From positions 3,286,001-3,350,000 of the forward strand of contig JAMWBK010000001.1 of the NCBI GenBank assembly GCA_029953675.1: a DNA stretch of 64,000 nucleotides, written 5' to 3'. The stretch comes from Rhodosorus marinus CCMP1338 (taxonomy: Eukaryota > Plantae > Rhodophyta). The notes beneath the pieces were generated by a model. It had not been told where the DNA came from and searched no databases. It saw nothing but the letters and a program-made list of their open reading frames with translations. Shown piece after piece: positions 38,145 through 50,865 of the stretch. A program made the position numbers and the translations under genes. Each line of letters opens with the position of its first letter. Within the stretch, counting starts at the first letter, position 1.

Positions 38145-39452
38145 ATGAATATTGTAGGTGTTCTATCGAGGAGTACTGGGCTGCGAGAAGGCACCGGACG
38201 ACTGTGGTGCCGTTGGATGTCGGAGTCGGGTGGAAAGGCCTCAACAAAGTTGCAGTTGGAGGAGCTGAGAGTGCTCCCAATGTATGCCCACCAAAGGTTT
38301 CGGAAAGAATCGAGGGGTGGTCCGTTTAGGACGCTGAATGGAAAGTCCGGTGGTGTTGATATGGACTGGGCCTTTAAGGATCTGCACAGACTAGGGCACC
38401 TGGAGGCCGCCTTATCAGAGCACGTCGAGTTCCTCCGTTCGGAGGGCGATGAGAAGCTGGACGAGCTTCGATATGCTAAGATCCAGAGGTGTCTTGCTAA
38501 AACGAGGAATCGCCTGAATGGATACTGTGGAAAGCTGAATATTACTACGGAGGAACTTCTGAATCCAAACCTCAATCCAGTGGATGTACCGAGAAGCGTC
38601 ATGAACTGGGAACAGCAAATGGAGCTCTACGACATTCAAGACGAGCTAAGGGAGTACCTCTTCCAAATGGATAAACTGGAACCGCAGGAATCCTGTATTT
38701 CTGCTGCGTACAAATTCCTCGCAAAACTCCCGGAGCGGATGGATGAAAAGAAAGTGATTGATGATAGGGATATTGGCATTGAAAAGTATGACATAGATGA
38801 GGATGAGCTGGCTCGCAATGAGAAGGAACTAAGGGAGTCAGTGGATACCAGGTTCATGATAAAAGGATTCCACACAGCGCTTCTCGAATTGAAGAAAACT
38901 GCACATTCATTGGCCAGTGGGAGGATAAGGACGTTCAGTGCGGTCGTGGCGGTGGGTAACCTCAACGGAACCGGAGGAATTGGACACGGAAACGCCACTT
39001 CCGCAGGAGAAGCGTGCCAGCGTGCTACGAGGGATGCTCTTAAGAGACTTGTGTATGTTGAACGGTACCAGGGTCGTACTCTACACTATGCGCTAGCCAA
39101 CAATGGAGCTCCTAAGTTCGAGATGTGGCCACTGCAAGCAGGACTAGGCCTCCGGTGCTGGAAGGGCTTCATTCCAATGCTCGCACTCTTGGGATTCAAG
39201 GATGTTGGTGGGAGAATAAGGCCCTGTCAATCCAATCTCAAAATGCTTCGGGGCTGCAGGGTGCTCTTGAGGATGTTGGCGGCCATGAAAACGCCGAAGC
39301 AAATAGCAGAGGACCGGGGCTTGAAAGCCACCGAGATTTCAGAGTGGCACAGAAAAGCACTGGCAGAAGCGGATGAGCTGAGAGCAATTCGTCAACTTGA
39401 CAGCAAACTACATGGAGCACCCGAAGCGCCCTCAGAGATCACGATGAGATAG
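38145..39452 (+). CDS. MRPS5: Mitochondrial ribosomal protein uS5m
   Basis: S5 domain GRIRTFSAVVAVGNLNGTGGIGHG...ATRDALKRL..VERYQGRTL, behind a long N-terminal extension with an Arg-rich presequence-like start. Confidence 0.8.
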   Translation: MNIVGVLSRSTGLREGTGRLWCRWMSESGGKASTKLQLEELRVLPMYAHQRFRKESRGGPFRTLNGKSGGVDMDWAFKDLHRLGHLEAALSEHVEFLRSEGDEKLDELRYAKIQRCLAKTRNRLNGYCGKLNITTEELLNPNLNPVDVPRSVMNWEQQMELYDIQDELREYLFQMDKLEPQESCISAAYKFLAKLPERMDEKKVIDDRDIGIEKYDIDEDELARNEKELRESVDTRFMIKGFHTALLELKKTAHSLASGRIRTFSAVVAVGNLNGTGGIGHGNATSAGEACQRATRDALKRLVYVERYQGRTLHYALANNGAPKFEMWPLQAGLGLRCWKGFIPMLALLGFKDVGGRIRPCQSNLKMLRGCRVLLRMLAAMKTPKQIAEDRGLKATEISEWHRKALAEADELRAIRQLDSKLHGAPEAPSEITMR

Positions 39453-39834
39453 GTGATATCGCCGTTACGTTGGAGGCTTTTCGAGATCAGGGGCGTGGTT
39501 GATCCTCCACAAGTGCCCGCCCTGCGAATTTTGTGGACCTCAAATCTTTCCTATGCGACTGAAACCTCATCAACTTTTAGAGTAAGTTCGCTTTAGTCGT
39601 CTTGTTTATTAAATCAGCGTTTGCCTAGTTCGTGCTTTCTTTCAAAACTAACACCGCCAAGTAGATCCTTTGCAAAGGGGACGGATTCCTTAGGCCTGGC
39701 CTCGAAAAAAACTGCGCATTCATTTTTGGCCAGAGTATCAACCGCCTTGAGACCAAACGCCTAAGGACTTACAAGAAAAACGTGGTCAGGCTCTGAAAGG
39801 TTTATCGTAATGACTCCGTGAGGCTATCCCCCTG

Positions 39835-42035
39835 TCAATTATCAGATGATGAAACGTTCTCCGGGCCCGTTGCCTCGCGCTCCTGACTTGGAGAAGCTGT
39901 TGAACTCGATGTGGGTACCGTCGCCTTTTCCTCTATCTTGGCTTCCTCAACCTCTCCCTTGGCCTCTGTTTTGTCAGCCTTGATCTCCTTTTGTCCTTCC
40001 TCTGCCTCTTCCTCGTCCCGGAACAGTTGGCGTCCCATGGTTCGCAGGGCGTAAGGGCCTCGAATCTCTCTGTCGAAGAACTAAGCAATGTTTTCGCAAT
40101 CGTAACGAGCTTTAGACTCGAACATTTCAAGAACAGCGGCAAGCTGGAATATCGGTAAGGCGAGAGTACCTGAATTTTTGATAGCTTCATGTTCGTAAAC
40201 GTCTTCTCGACAAAGCCAAGGTTTGCCTGTTGCTCTTTTCTCCTTGTCGAACAGAAGGTACAGTGGTCATTCTCCTGTTGAATCTGTTAAACAAGCCCGA
40301 TTGTTACAAGGTCAACTTCTGCAAGGACGCGCAGGACGGAGAAACTAAACACCGTGTGAGACGTCACTTACCTGATTCACAAAAACGTAATGTACAGGAA
40401 TGCTCTCTTTCCTAAGTTCATCAATCAGCCGCATACTCTCGGAGATGGCCATCATGTTCTGAACCCACATCGCAAGGACGGCACCGAAGTCAGCGTGAGC
40501 TAAGAAAAAAGTCTTCTCGAAAAAATCACGCGTTGAAGCACGCAAGCGAAGAGACCTGTTGCCGTCTCTGGAAGAGACTTACCGGAATTGTCGCGACGAT
40601 AAATTCTGTCTGCTGCTGATCCTTGAAAAGGTCACGTACAACCTGCATGTTTCTTTTCATTTCCTCGATATCCCTCGTGTCAAGTCCTAGACAAAGAAAG
40701 GGAACAGAATCTTAGCAATTCGAGAAAGCGCGAACCACTGAACACCAGACCGTTGCGGAGGACAAACCATCAGCCCCTTCGCCGCCGAACATGTTCTTCA
40801 TAGAGCTCATCATGTTCCCGAACTTCGCCTTCATCGAAATGATCTTGCCCAAGAATGAGTCCATGAAGTCTGGGAGTGACAACAATCGAAGCGTGTGGCC
40901 CGTCGGGGCTGTATCAAACACGATACGGTCGAATTTCCTGTAGGCCGGATCGCCTTGGATCAGCTTAATGATCTCCACAAGCGCCACCGCTTCGTCGAAT
41001 CTGGACAAGGACAGACAAGAGGAAGATGTGACAGCGAGTTAGAGAAGGCACCACATGACAAAGGAAAAGACAGGTCCATGACTTGGCCTTCTCCGCTGAT
41101 ACTAGTAAATCTTCAGCGACGTACCCTGGCGGCAGTTGATCAAATAGACCGTCGAGGTCGTCTAAGCCCATTTCATTCATCATTCCTGGCATCATGGCGC
41201 GTTTTTCATCCGGCGACAGAAGATTGATCTGGGACTTGATGTCCTCAGGGTTGATTTCCTGGGCGTAGAGGTTGTCTATCCCGAGCACTGGGGTCGGCAT
41301 TCCGCCGCTGAGGTCTATCCCAAACGCGTCCGACAGAGAATGCGCTGGATCGGTTGAAATAATCAACGTCGACTGCGAGCTATCGGCAAACTTTGTCGCG
41401 AGCGCGGCAGACATGCTCGTCTTCCCAACTCCTCCCTTACCACCCACAAGAATATATCTAAGCGCAGAAAATATTTGGACGGCGAGTCACTCAGCAGGAT
41501 CCGCCAACGACGGCAGAGCATATTTTCAGCGTGCTTACTTCTTCCTTCGGTTCTCCAACAGATCCTTGGCCTCAGAATCGAATATATGTTTAGAAGGGAC
41601 GGCCTTCACGTCAATACTGCTCCCAGGAGAAGCTGTGGTTGTGCCAGTTGTTGGAGGGGTGGCAAATCTAGACATGTCAAAGCCCGCAGTGCCGACAGCC
41701 GGCCCGGGCATCGTCGACGGCTTAGCAGAACTCCCCGCCCTCTTACCCAAGGAAAAAACCAAAGATCCCAGCGATAACGCAAAGAAAACTTTTCCATAGG
41801 GTATACCGCTCCAAAACGGTGCCCTATCCTCTGGCTTCGCCTGCGGAGGTGGCGCAATCTCCGCGATAACCTCCTTTCCAGCAGCCGATTGCCCAGCCCC
41901 TTGAACTTCCACAGCGCGCTTCTTTCCAAAAGCCATAACAACAACGCCTCGACGGCGACATCTCTGCTGCACGCTCCCAGCCCCTGCCCCTCCACCAGCA
42001 AGGACGTTCGCCCCGTTCACAAATCCCAGCTCCAT
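39835..42035 (-). CDS. GET3: GET3/ArsA-family ATPase, plastid-targeted, multi-exon
   Basis: [44 protein letters not shown]|[26 protein letters not shown]; transit-peptide-like MELGFVNG...RRRGVVVM. Confidence 0.92.
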
Positions 42036-43250
42036 TGTAAACTCACCAACCCAGAAAACACTTGGTCCAATGTCCAAATGCCCCGACCTTGCCCCCTCCC
42101 CTCCCCTCCCCTCCCCCCCCCCCACCCCCAACGGGCCTCCTTCCCTCCAAGCCAAAAAAAATACACCTCCACTCAACAAGAACCACACCCTACAGAGAAA
42201 CCTAAATCAGCTCCTCACTTTCACCGTCATGCAAAAACTACCTACTGTTCCCAACCTCCCCCCACCACCGCCTTCCTCTTCCCCATCTTCCCCAAACAAA
42301 TGCAAAAGCCCACATAGACTCCAACTTCCCCAACAGTATAAAAACCCGTGAAAAGGGCTATTCCACCCCGCAGCATCCCAGAAAAGGAAGATGAAAATAA
42401 AATAAAATAAAGCCCCCTGTTTGTTTCGTCAGTCCACGGAGTTTGAAGAGACGTTCTGTTTTTTGTGGAAAAACAAAACAAGAAACGCGGACGAAACACA
42501 CACGGCCGGGATTGTGGTTTGGGGGGGGGGGAGAGAAATGCATATTTCCTCATGGCCAATGATCCACAGTATTCAACAAAAACGGGCACTCTACGGCGGG
42601 CCAAAGCCGATACTGTCCCCGATATCTCTATGGATTGAATACTTTTGGGGGGGGGGGGGTTAGATGAGTCCTTTTTCAACCGCACTAGCCACAATTAATT
42701 GCAATATGTCCAGATACTATGAAAACAAAGAGTTATGGTAATTCATGGGATATACTTTATAATTGCGTACATAGTTGGAACAAGGTTTTGATTACCTAGG
42801 TTAAAAACGGACGATAAGTTTCTAGTCTTGATCCGGTGTGTTCAATTTATTTAATAAATGTGTTCCCATTCTCGAAAATAGGCAGACAATCCTAGCACAT
42901 TCTCATTCTATCACAAAAAAGGGGGTAGGGTAAATCAAAAAAATTGCCAACCAGTTCGTTCCTTTTTTGAATTATATAAGTATTCAAGATCATTTTTTGT
43001 GAAATATTATTCCCCCTCCTAACTGCTTTCATATGTTTTCCCGCTTCAGGGTATTTCATGACGGAAAAAGCCATTGAAAATCTCTCTCGTTTCTGTGTGG
43101 AGAGCATCAACTTGGCGATGTGACACTCGAGCGGAGACGGAAGGCAGGGGTGTGGACCGCTGGTGCTTGGTACTGAGTTGAGTCCTGCTTTCAATTTTTT
43201 GAGATCGTTGTAGTAGCGGCTCAGCTCTGAACTCCGCATCTCAACTCACA

Positions 43251-43556
43251 GGCGAGCTTTTGGCGTTTGAACTTGAATAAGTTTTATAGTGTGACTTCCC
43301 GAGCAATCGTATAAGACCACCATTAGAAGGGCACATCCCTTCACTCGCGCTAAACGGCGGAGCTTGCTGTTGAAGGCTCAGAGGTTCCACAGCTTTTGAC
43401 TAGCTTTTTGAAGGCTTTACCAGGGAGCTTTGGCGAGCTTTTGGCGTTTGAACTTGAATAAGTTTTATAGTGTGACTTCCCGAGCAATCGTATAAGACCA
43501 CCATTAGAAGGGCACATCCCTTCACTCGCGCTAAACGGCGGAGCTTGCTGTTGAAG
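43251..43556 (+). repeat. Perfect 125-bp direct repeat, two copies, period 181 bp
   Basis: 43251-43375 is identical to 43432-43556; the spacer is 56 bp. Confidence 0.9.
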
Positions 43557-44147
43557 CCATCCGGATCCGATGTTTAACTATCTCCAGACTTGGAACGAGT
43601 GATACCAAAGAAATACACCCGCCCTATCCCTGAACATTCAGTTTCACCAAACCCGGCTCTGCTTGGACCCTCGTCAGTCGACAGCCTTGCACCAGCTGCA
43701 GTGTATCTTGGTATAAGGTGACCGTTCCTCTCAGGCCAAAGAACCCGTCTGTAGCCTCACACAAACTTTTCAGCTCCCAACCTTCGCCATCACTTAAATT
43801 GGTTTTATGTGCGAAGTTGAATGCAGCGGAGGGTTGACCCCAGCCAGAGATGACATGTAACCGAAACGTCTACTGCGGAAGAGCTTCACAAGGGACTCTG
43901 ACAGTATTTTGAAAGCTTGCAACCGGACTAGTTGAAAACAATGTGACCGTGAGAAGAACTGTTCCTGGCCATTGAGCGAAAGATTCGCACCAGGCAAGGA
44001 CCCCGCATTGACAAGCATCTTTGCGTTCGGCACAGACGGGCGGACTGTACCGGCTTCTGTTTCAATGCTTATGACGGTGCTGGTTGCTTCAGACGGCATG
44101 AAGCACCGGTTGTTCGACCCCGCTAAGAGCTCCTTCGGAGCTGGGGC

Positions 44148-47100
44148 ATGGAAACAGCGAGAGTCTTCCTGATTCTTGTGGTTGTGTTATCTCCGGGCCT
44201 TCTTTCCATGCGCTCCGTTACATCACAGAAGTGGTCCCTTGAGGGCACTCTTGACGGGACGTCTGCCGGAGGGCTTTGTATTCGGGGTGAGGGGTCTGTA
44301 GTGAACGTCTCAATGGCACCCCCTCCTCCAGTCTCTTTGCGGGGAGCAAAGGTTCGCACGAGGACAGGCCGGAACGCTGATTATGCCGGGCCATTCGTCA
44401 GCATTCCTAGAGAAGATTTGGAAGTAATTGCCACAGGTGATCCCCACGAGGATAAGGACGTGGATGTGCCACCAGAAGATGTGAAGAACATCCATCGTAC
44501 AAAAGGTAACGCCGTCAATGACGCACTTGAGATCACGAGCGAACCGACTTCTAACCCCGCACGTACCTCTTCCCCTGCAGCTCGGACAGGTGTCAAGGTT
44601 CGCGGAATTGTGGGATCGATAAGTCCAGTGCTCCCGCCGGAATCCTGTCCAACCTTCCTCCTGGTTTTACAAGATTGCAGTGATCCTGTAAGTACCGTGA
44701 TGGTCTTCTCTGGCCCAGAGGCAGTCTCTTGGAGGTCTTTTCTGGAGCCTGGGCTTGAGGTGAGAGTGCATGCATAGAATCGCCTGCGTTATCATAGCGT
44801 ACCATGTACTCAGTAGCTGATTGAAAATATTTTATTTACCAGCTCGTCGCGAGCAAGCTCAGGCGGGGTAGACTACCAACCCAGAATAGCAGACAAATCC
44901 TCAAAGCAACACCAGAGACGTGGCTTTCTCAGTCCTATTCAGCTGAAAACTCGCAAGATTCCCACTGGGTTGGGACCCTCGAGCCGAAATGGAAGAGGGC
45001 GCGAATAGCCATGGCACTACCTTCGACCGCACACCCCTATGCGGAGGGTGTTTCGGACCGCATCCCACGTTACAACTTGAAGGGGATCGTTACTCGCATA
45101 GTTCCAGATGTCATGTATGTACCATCAACACCCTAGTACTTCTCACTCCGCCCCGCGGAAATGGACTCACGGGAAATATTCGATGCTTACAGGTGGGAAC
45201 TTGATGGAAGGCTACGGGTTCTACTGCCGCGCGAATTCGGATCCAAAGTCTTAGTGGCAGCCAGCACATACGACGTTCGAACAGGCGCAGAGGTCAAAAT
45301 TCGACATGCTGTGAAGATGGTAGGCAGAAGCAGCTGCGTCTATCTGTCCCCACGAGCTAGTGCTTCAATCGTCAAGTTTGCAACGGAGTCTGCTGAAAGC
45401 TCAAATGCCACAGCGAGGGACTGGGTCAGCCACTGGAGAAAGCTAAGGGACGAACTTTCCCCTTGGTGCATGGACATAGCAGAGCTTATGTACCGCGAGC
45501 TTTGCAGCAAGTTTGAGAATTTTTTTGGAAAGCGGACTGGGAGACAACTCCTTGGGAGTCGCAAAAACGGTGTGTTGATGTCCATAAGCATTACGCTATT
45601 TCAGGCTGCTTCTTGACAGCAGAAAAAGTCAGTGCTCCTGATATGTACCTCCCGCTATATGGAACATGCTTAAAGGCGGTGGTCTGCTACGGTTCGTCCT
45701 CAAGCACTGCGGGTTTCACGCCGCAGTACCAGAACAGATCCCGGGTGCCTTGTCGGCTTTCTTATGTCCAGTGAGCACTGACGATGCACCTTGTGATGAA
45801 GAGCGAGCTCGGTACTGGATCCCATCGATGTCGGAATTTCGGAACGCCGCTAGGCGCTCTTTCGAAGACGCCTGTGAGGGCAACGAAGAAGTACAGGGCA
45901 CACGGTTGCTCAGCTCGCAAGACGTGGACAGAATCGCTGGGAAGAGAACTATTCTTGTTGGGGTTTTGGTCTCATCCGATCGGACGTGAGTTTGAGAGCC
46001 CACACGCGTCATGGAGAGACTGTAGAACAATTAGCTGAAGCCGTTGGTTGTTTCTATACGCTTGCATCAGGGGAGCCCTGCGACTGTTTGATTCGCAAGG
46101 AGCCGTGCCGGTTATTCTCGAGGCCGGAGATGATGATAGCCGTATGGTATCGTTGAACAGAGTTTCAGTGCTGAAAGAGTATTCAGTGATTGCAACCAAC
46201 GATGCAGTGGGGGGCTACAGCATCTCAGTGGCGGTTGCTATGGATCGGGTGCTTCCGGTCGATGCTCCCAGAGACCGAGCTTCGACTCCCAAGCGAACAG
46301 CCTCTGGGAAACGAAGCATTTCCATGGCAGTGTTCGTGATACACATCAACCGCGTTAAGCAACGGTCAGTTGCACCCAGTAAATTCATTTTAGAGGGGAG
46401 GACGGTCGCCACAAAAAGTGACGGTAGAGATTGGGAAGTACTTGAACGGGCAAAGTCTGCAGGGATCGCGTTTATGGGGTAAGGTCTCCAACCTTTACCA
46501 GCACTGTGTTGCACTCTGCTTGGAACCTTAATTGCAACATCCAGCTGATTTATTCCCCTACCCTTTGTTGACTATTCGGAACGAGTAGCGAAGCCGTTTC
46601 ACATTTCGAAGTCTTGCAGCCGGGAAGATTGTACTCGATATCAGACTTTGAGACAAAACAGAAGTCTAAGTTTGGTGAAGATCTCTCCCAGCTAATCGTT
46701 ACAAGGGAAGCCGCGGTGCGCCCTTTGAAGATTAGCGGAACCCGGTGGGAAGCGATCGTAAATCCACTGAGATTGCTTTTCGAAAAGAAAAGGGACCTGG
46801 ACCTGTCCAAACCCGGCGTGTTCGAGGAAAGGGGTGTAGTCTCGTTCGCTGCCCGAGTTCAGTCCAGGCTAAGTATGGGGGAGTTGCTCCTCGTTGACCC
46901 CGTTTTTGGGTGTAACGCGGTACGTGACTAGTGCATATACTTAAGAAAGCGTTTCTGTTCCACCTCACGGTAGCGTGTGAGGTCACCACGATAGCTTTCT
47001 TACGGCTTTTGGGTACCGTCGTCTTCGAATGGCAGGTAGTTCTGGAAACTTGTGGCGGAGCTGAGTTTCCGCGCAAATTCCTTCAGGGTTCACTGATCAC

Positions 47101-47978
47101 AGTTTATCGAGCATCTGTGAAGGAACGACGGCTTGGACAGGCTGGGACTGAGCTGGTTGCTACCTCAGCGACCTTATTGAGGATACAAAAGATCGCGCAC
47201 AAACTTGTACCACCCAAAGCGTGCAACTTCCCCGCATGCAGATTGTGTGATGAGCCCCAGGACGGCCCAGTGCGAGTGTTAGTGACTGTCAGCTCTGTGA
47301 AATCGATCACTCTTGGGTTCCCTTCCGATGGACTTGTTGCCACTGCTGATGACGGAACCGAGTCCGTGATCGTCGAGGTTTCTTCTTTGAAGACGATATC
47401 CAGAATCCTCGGAATTCGAGGCCAAGAATATGCTTCCTTGGAGTAAGCGAAGAGCCTCGCCTTTGCTCGTTTTCGTTTGTCCTGGAATCAGGATACCTCT
47501 GGCTCGTGGTTGTGCTCAGAGTGTGAAACTTTTGAGTTGGATCAGGCTTTCCCAACCCTGTATCGGATAACAGCCTTATGAGATCATAATTATTCCTGAC
47601 TTGTTCCGTTCCATTTTCTCTTTTGCGGTTGACCTTTTCCGTAGGACATTTTCTACGCACATGAGAGCAAAGCGCAAGTCTGTGAACTTCAAGTTTGATG
47701 CAGGAAATCGCTTGCTAGTTGATTCGGACTATCAAGAGATAGCAGCTCAGCTGATCCTGGCGGTGGATAAGCCGAGACGGAACCTCAAGATCGTCGCCAG
47801 GGAAATGACGATGAAACAAACTCATTCGAAGGATAGGCTCCAACGCGTGATGGTGGGAGCCGGTAACGGCTCATCCTTCCCAACGTTTAGGAAAGACCAA
47901 CGCCACCTGCAGGTGCTGCATGTGGAGTTGCAATATTCCATCCGCGGAGCAATACGAGACAAACTTGATCGCATGTGA
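44148..47978 (+). CDS. CTC1: CTC1-like (CST complex large subunit, multiple OB folds), multi-exon; true start may lie upstream, near 43570
   Basis: VRGIVGSISPV...FLLVL...VSWRSFLEPG and ILVGVLVSS..|GALRLFDSQGAVPVIL resemble the CTC1 OB motifs I recall (LLGVLVASS.KGCLQLRDQSGSLPC in human); Cys motif CNFPACRLC; size fits a protein of over 1000 aa. Confidence 0.62.
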
Positions 47979-50040
47979 TGACAGCCTACGGCCATTCCCA
48001 TGTATGAACAGATGATTGGAGCAGGAATGTTGGCAAGATCATAACTTATCAACAGGCCTCGTTAATTGCATATATTTAATAAAGCCCCGAAAATATGATA
48101 TTTTCGGGATGTTTCTCACTTTTCAGTTTGCTTGTCGGATCTTCAAGAATCCTTCCACAAGACGGCCGAACGGATCTATGCGGCTACGCACGGACTTCTC
48201 AAGAGCGGGTTCGTTGATAGAGTCAAGCCACAAAGAACCCTTCGCTCGCATCTTCAATGGAAGTTCTTACATCTTCATCCGACGCACGCAACTGCCTCTA
48301 ATTGTATGTGTAAGACTCATCAAGTGTGGAATGGGTCCTCATTGTAGAGTTCATCTTGGATCCTCTGACGCCCCGAAAATAAGCTCGCTTCCCATGTGAG
48401 CAGCGAGCTTCTTTTGATGTTGTAAGAAGCCGATGAGTACTGTCAGCATATTGAGAACTCCTTGTCAAAGGCAGCTTCGAAAATCTGATGTGAAGAAGTG
48501 GGCAGACTATGAGAAGGTTGAGAAGACTGAGCATCGTCTCACTTTTTCAAGTAACCAGCCGTGCCATTCACTGATACTCCGCATGCATACAGGCTTCATG
48601 GCTGTTCAATCTTGCGGTTCTCCACAAAAGGGAAATTACAGAGAGGATAATTGGGGACATGCTGTACCCCCTCCGCGAATATCCCCATTGCCCCCTTGTG
48701 TATGGGACATACCCTTGACTACAAGTCGAACTGCTGGCTCCAACGGGAGGTTTCGGGCGGACCTCTATCGGTCACATCTGTAGACATCTGTCTGGACCTC
48801 TAACTCACATATCTACCACGATCGCAAGCAACCATTCCGGATGCCCAGGCGGCCGGTTGGGCCAAAGGCTTTTAGTGTCCCAGTTTGTATATGAATAAAC
48901 GATGACATTTCAAGAGTTCGGGCCAAAAACTATTTTCGGTCGTCTTTGGAATGTCACCTCGGCGAAATTGACGGAGATTTGCTGATCAGGCTGATGTGCC
49001 CTCGCCTGGTCAGAATTTTGACGAGACTTGACAAGAAGTGTTTTGTGTATTGTCTCACCAGGGACTTCTCAAGTATCGAGCGCCACCGCCAAGCCTGCAC
49101 TGTAAGAACCCTCTGGTGAACAATCAATGGCCTGGATGCTCGCCTGGCGGAGCATTCTGTCTATTGGAGGATGGATTTTGAATATAGGCATAGGTCAAGA
49201 CGACCACATTGGGTTCAGCTAGCGATCCAAGAAAAGGCCGTCAAGCAATCCGATCGACTGCCCACAGCGTTGGATCGTATATTTTCCCATGGAGAGTGGA
49301 AATGGAGGTAGGGAGGCTTTTTCACATGTTTTAGATTCTGTCCCATTCGTCGACATTTCCGGCCGGGACAGCAGCGCGAACGCGCAACATTGACACTAGA
49401 CATACCCCTTGCAAAATATCATTTCCACCATAGGGGTGCTCAACATCAATCCCTCACATATTTTAGCCCTTATTTATTTCCTAAAGACAATAATGATGAA
49501 TTTTAACCCGTCAACCACTACACTCATAATACTTGTGGAAAGCCTCCACCCCCCTTCGCGGCGTCTTTCGAACAACACGCGTTTTAGACTTCAAGTAAGC
49601 ATGGGACAAAAGGCTGCAACAAACAATACCTTGTACACCCTTCCAACAAACAGAAAGTTACAAAAAAGTCCGTAAAATTACTTTATATGAAATAATGTTG
49701 TGGATAATCCCAGGGGTGGAAAAGATAGTTGACAGGAAAACTTGCATAATGGAATCTTTGTTTTTGATGACATTATTGGGGTTTTGGGTAAATCTGCAGT
49801 TTTCTTCTCATTTTCAAACAAACGTGGAGAGCGAGAGTTCTGAGGATTTGTTGCTTTTTCTCGCAGGAAGAGGGTTTTATATTTTGAGTAAGGTGAGGGA
49901 GCGTGGTAAGGAGCGGAGCAAGGTCTAGGTGACAGGAATCATCCCGCAGAAGTCTCTTCCTGAAATTTGATCTCAGTTTGAGGCTTTAGACTGGGAGATT
50001 GTGTGACAGAAATCAGCCCGCGGGCTTTTTGGTAGTCAGG

Positions 50041-50865
50041 ATGAATGAAGAGGTGATGATTGGATGCGCTGTGAGGATCGAGGAGGTGTCCGAGGCCATC
50101 GCATTGCTGACTAGTGTGGGACTTGGCATTGGGTTGTCCGCGGAATCGATTTTGTGCGGAGCCCATTACACGTGTAAATTTGTTTCCAGGGTTTTTTGCT
50201 CTCAGTCTGATGTCAGAGCTCTAGGCCTTGCGTCTTTGCTCGTTGCTGTGAAGATGGTGGAACCGGACTGGACGAAGCCACTGTGGTACATACTGAGCAG
50301 ATCTCTAAGTGTGTACAATTCCCTCCAGCTGCGTATTCAACTGACACGCTGCAGCCGCATCGTTGCTAATCATATTTTCTGCTTGGTTTCAACAGAGCAC
50401 CCCGCAAAAGAAGGGGTTCAGAGACTCCGAGACCTTGAGGACAAAATCGTTTCCACGTTGGAATGGAAGCTTGTATTCTACTCTCCGATTCATTATTTGA
50501 ATCGTTTATTGTGCGACTCAAACCTCGACGTTTCGACGGAGATCGTTCGCCAATTTTCATCCCACCTGCTTGTGGAAGCCTTGTTGTCCACGGGAGAAAG
50601 CTCATCTAGCACTCTAAGTCGGAAGCGCGGTAGATCGCCCTTGGATCAGAAGACCGTACTTCGATCGACAGCACAGGAACTCGCTGCAAGCCTCCTGCAA
50701 CACTGGTTCATAACGGACTCATGTATCAACCGGACGCCTGTCCCTGGCCTATCCAACCTCGATACCGCAAATGAACGGTTGTCCTCTTCTTCTTCCCCGG
50801 AGTTCGAAAGCTCGAAACGTGTTCATATGTGTAAGCCCATATCAACTAGGCTTCGCGCGGCTTGA
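50041..50865 (+). CDS. Cyclin-box protein, divergent (possibly transcriptional cyclin type)
   Basis: GLSAESILCGAHY...LASLLVAVKMVE...LEDKIVSTLEWKLVFYSPIHYL fits the N-terminal cyclin fold. Confidence 0.7.
   Translation: MNEEVMIGCAVRIEEVSEAIALLTSVGLGIGLSAESILCGAHYTCKFVSRVFCSQSDVRALGLASLLVAVKMVEPDWTKPLWYILSRSLSVYNSLQLRIQLTRCSRIVANHIFCLVSTEHPAKEGVQRLRDLEDKIVSTLEWKLVFYSPIHYLNRLLCDSNLDVSTEIVRQFSSHLLVEALLSTGESSSSTLSRKRGRSPLDQKTVLRSTAQELAASLLQHWFITDSCINRTPVPGLSNLDTANERLSSSSSPEFESSKRVHMCKPISTRLRAA

Noticed and set aside
47980-48010. GCCTACGGCCAT resembling a 5S rRNA 5' end
   Set aside because: Similarity stops after about 12 nt; there are no internal A/C boxes or closing helix I. No 5S gene was found in the rDNA spacer either.
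47990-49400. Possible pseudogene or transposon on the minus strand
   Set aside because: All frames contain many stops and no family motif could be recognised, so it is left unassigned.
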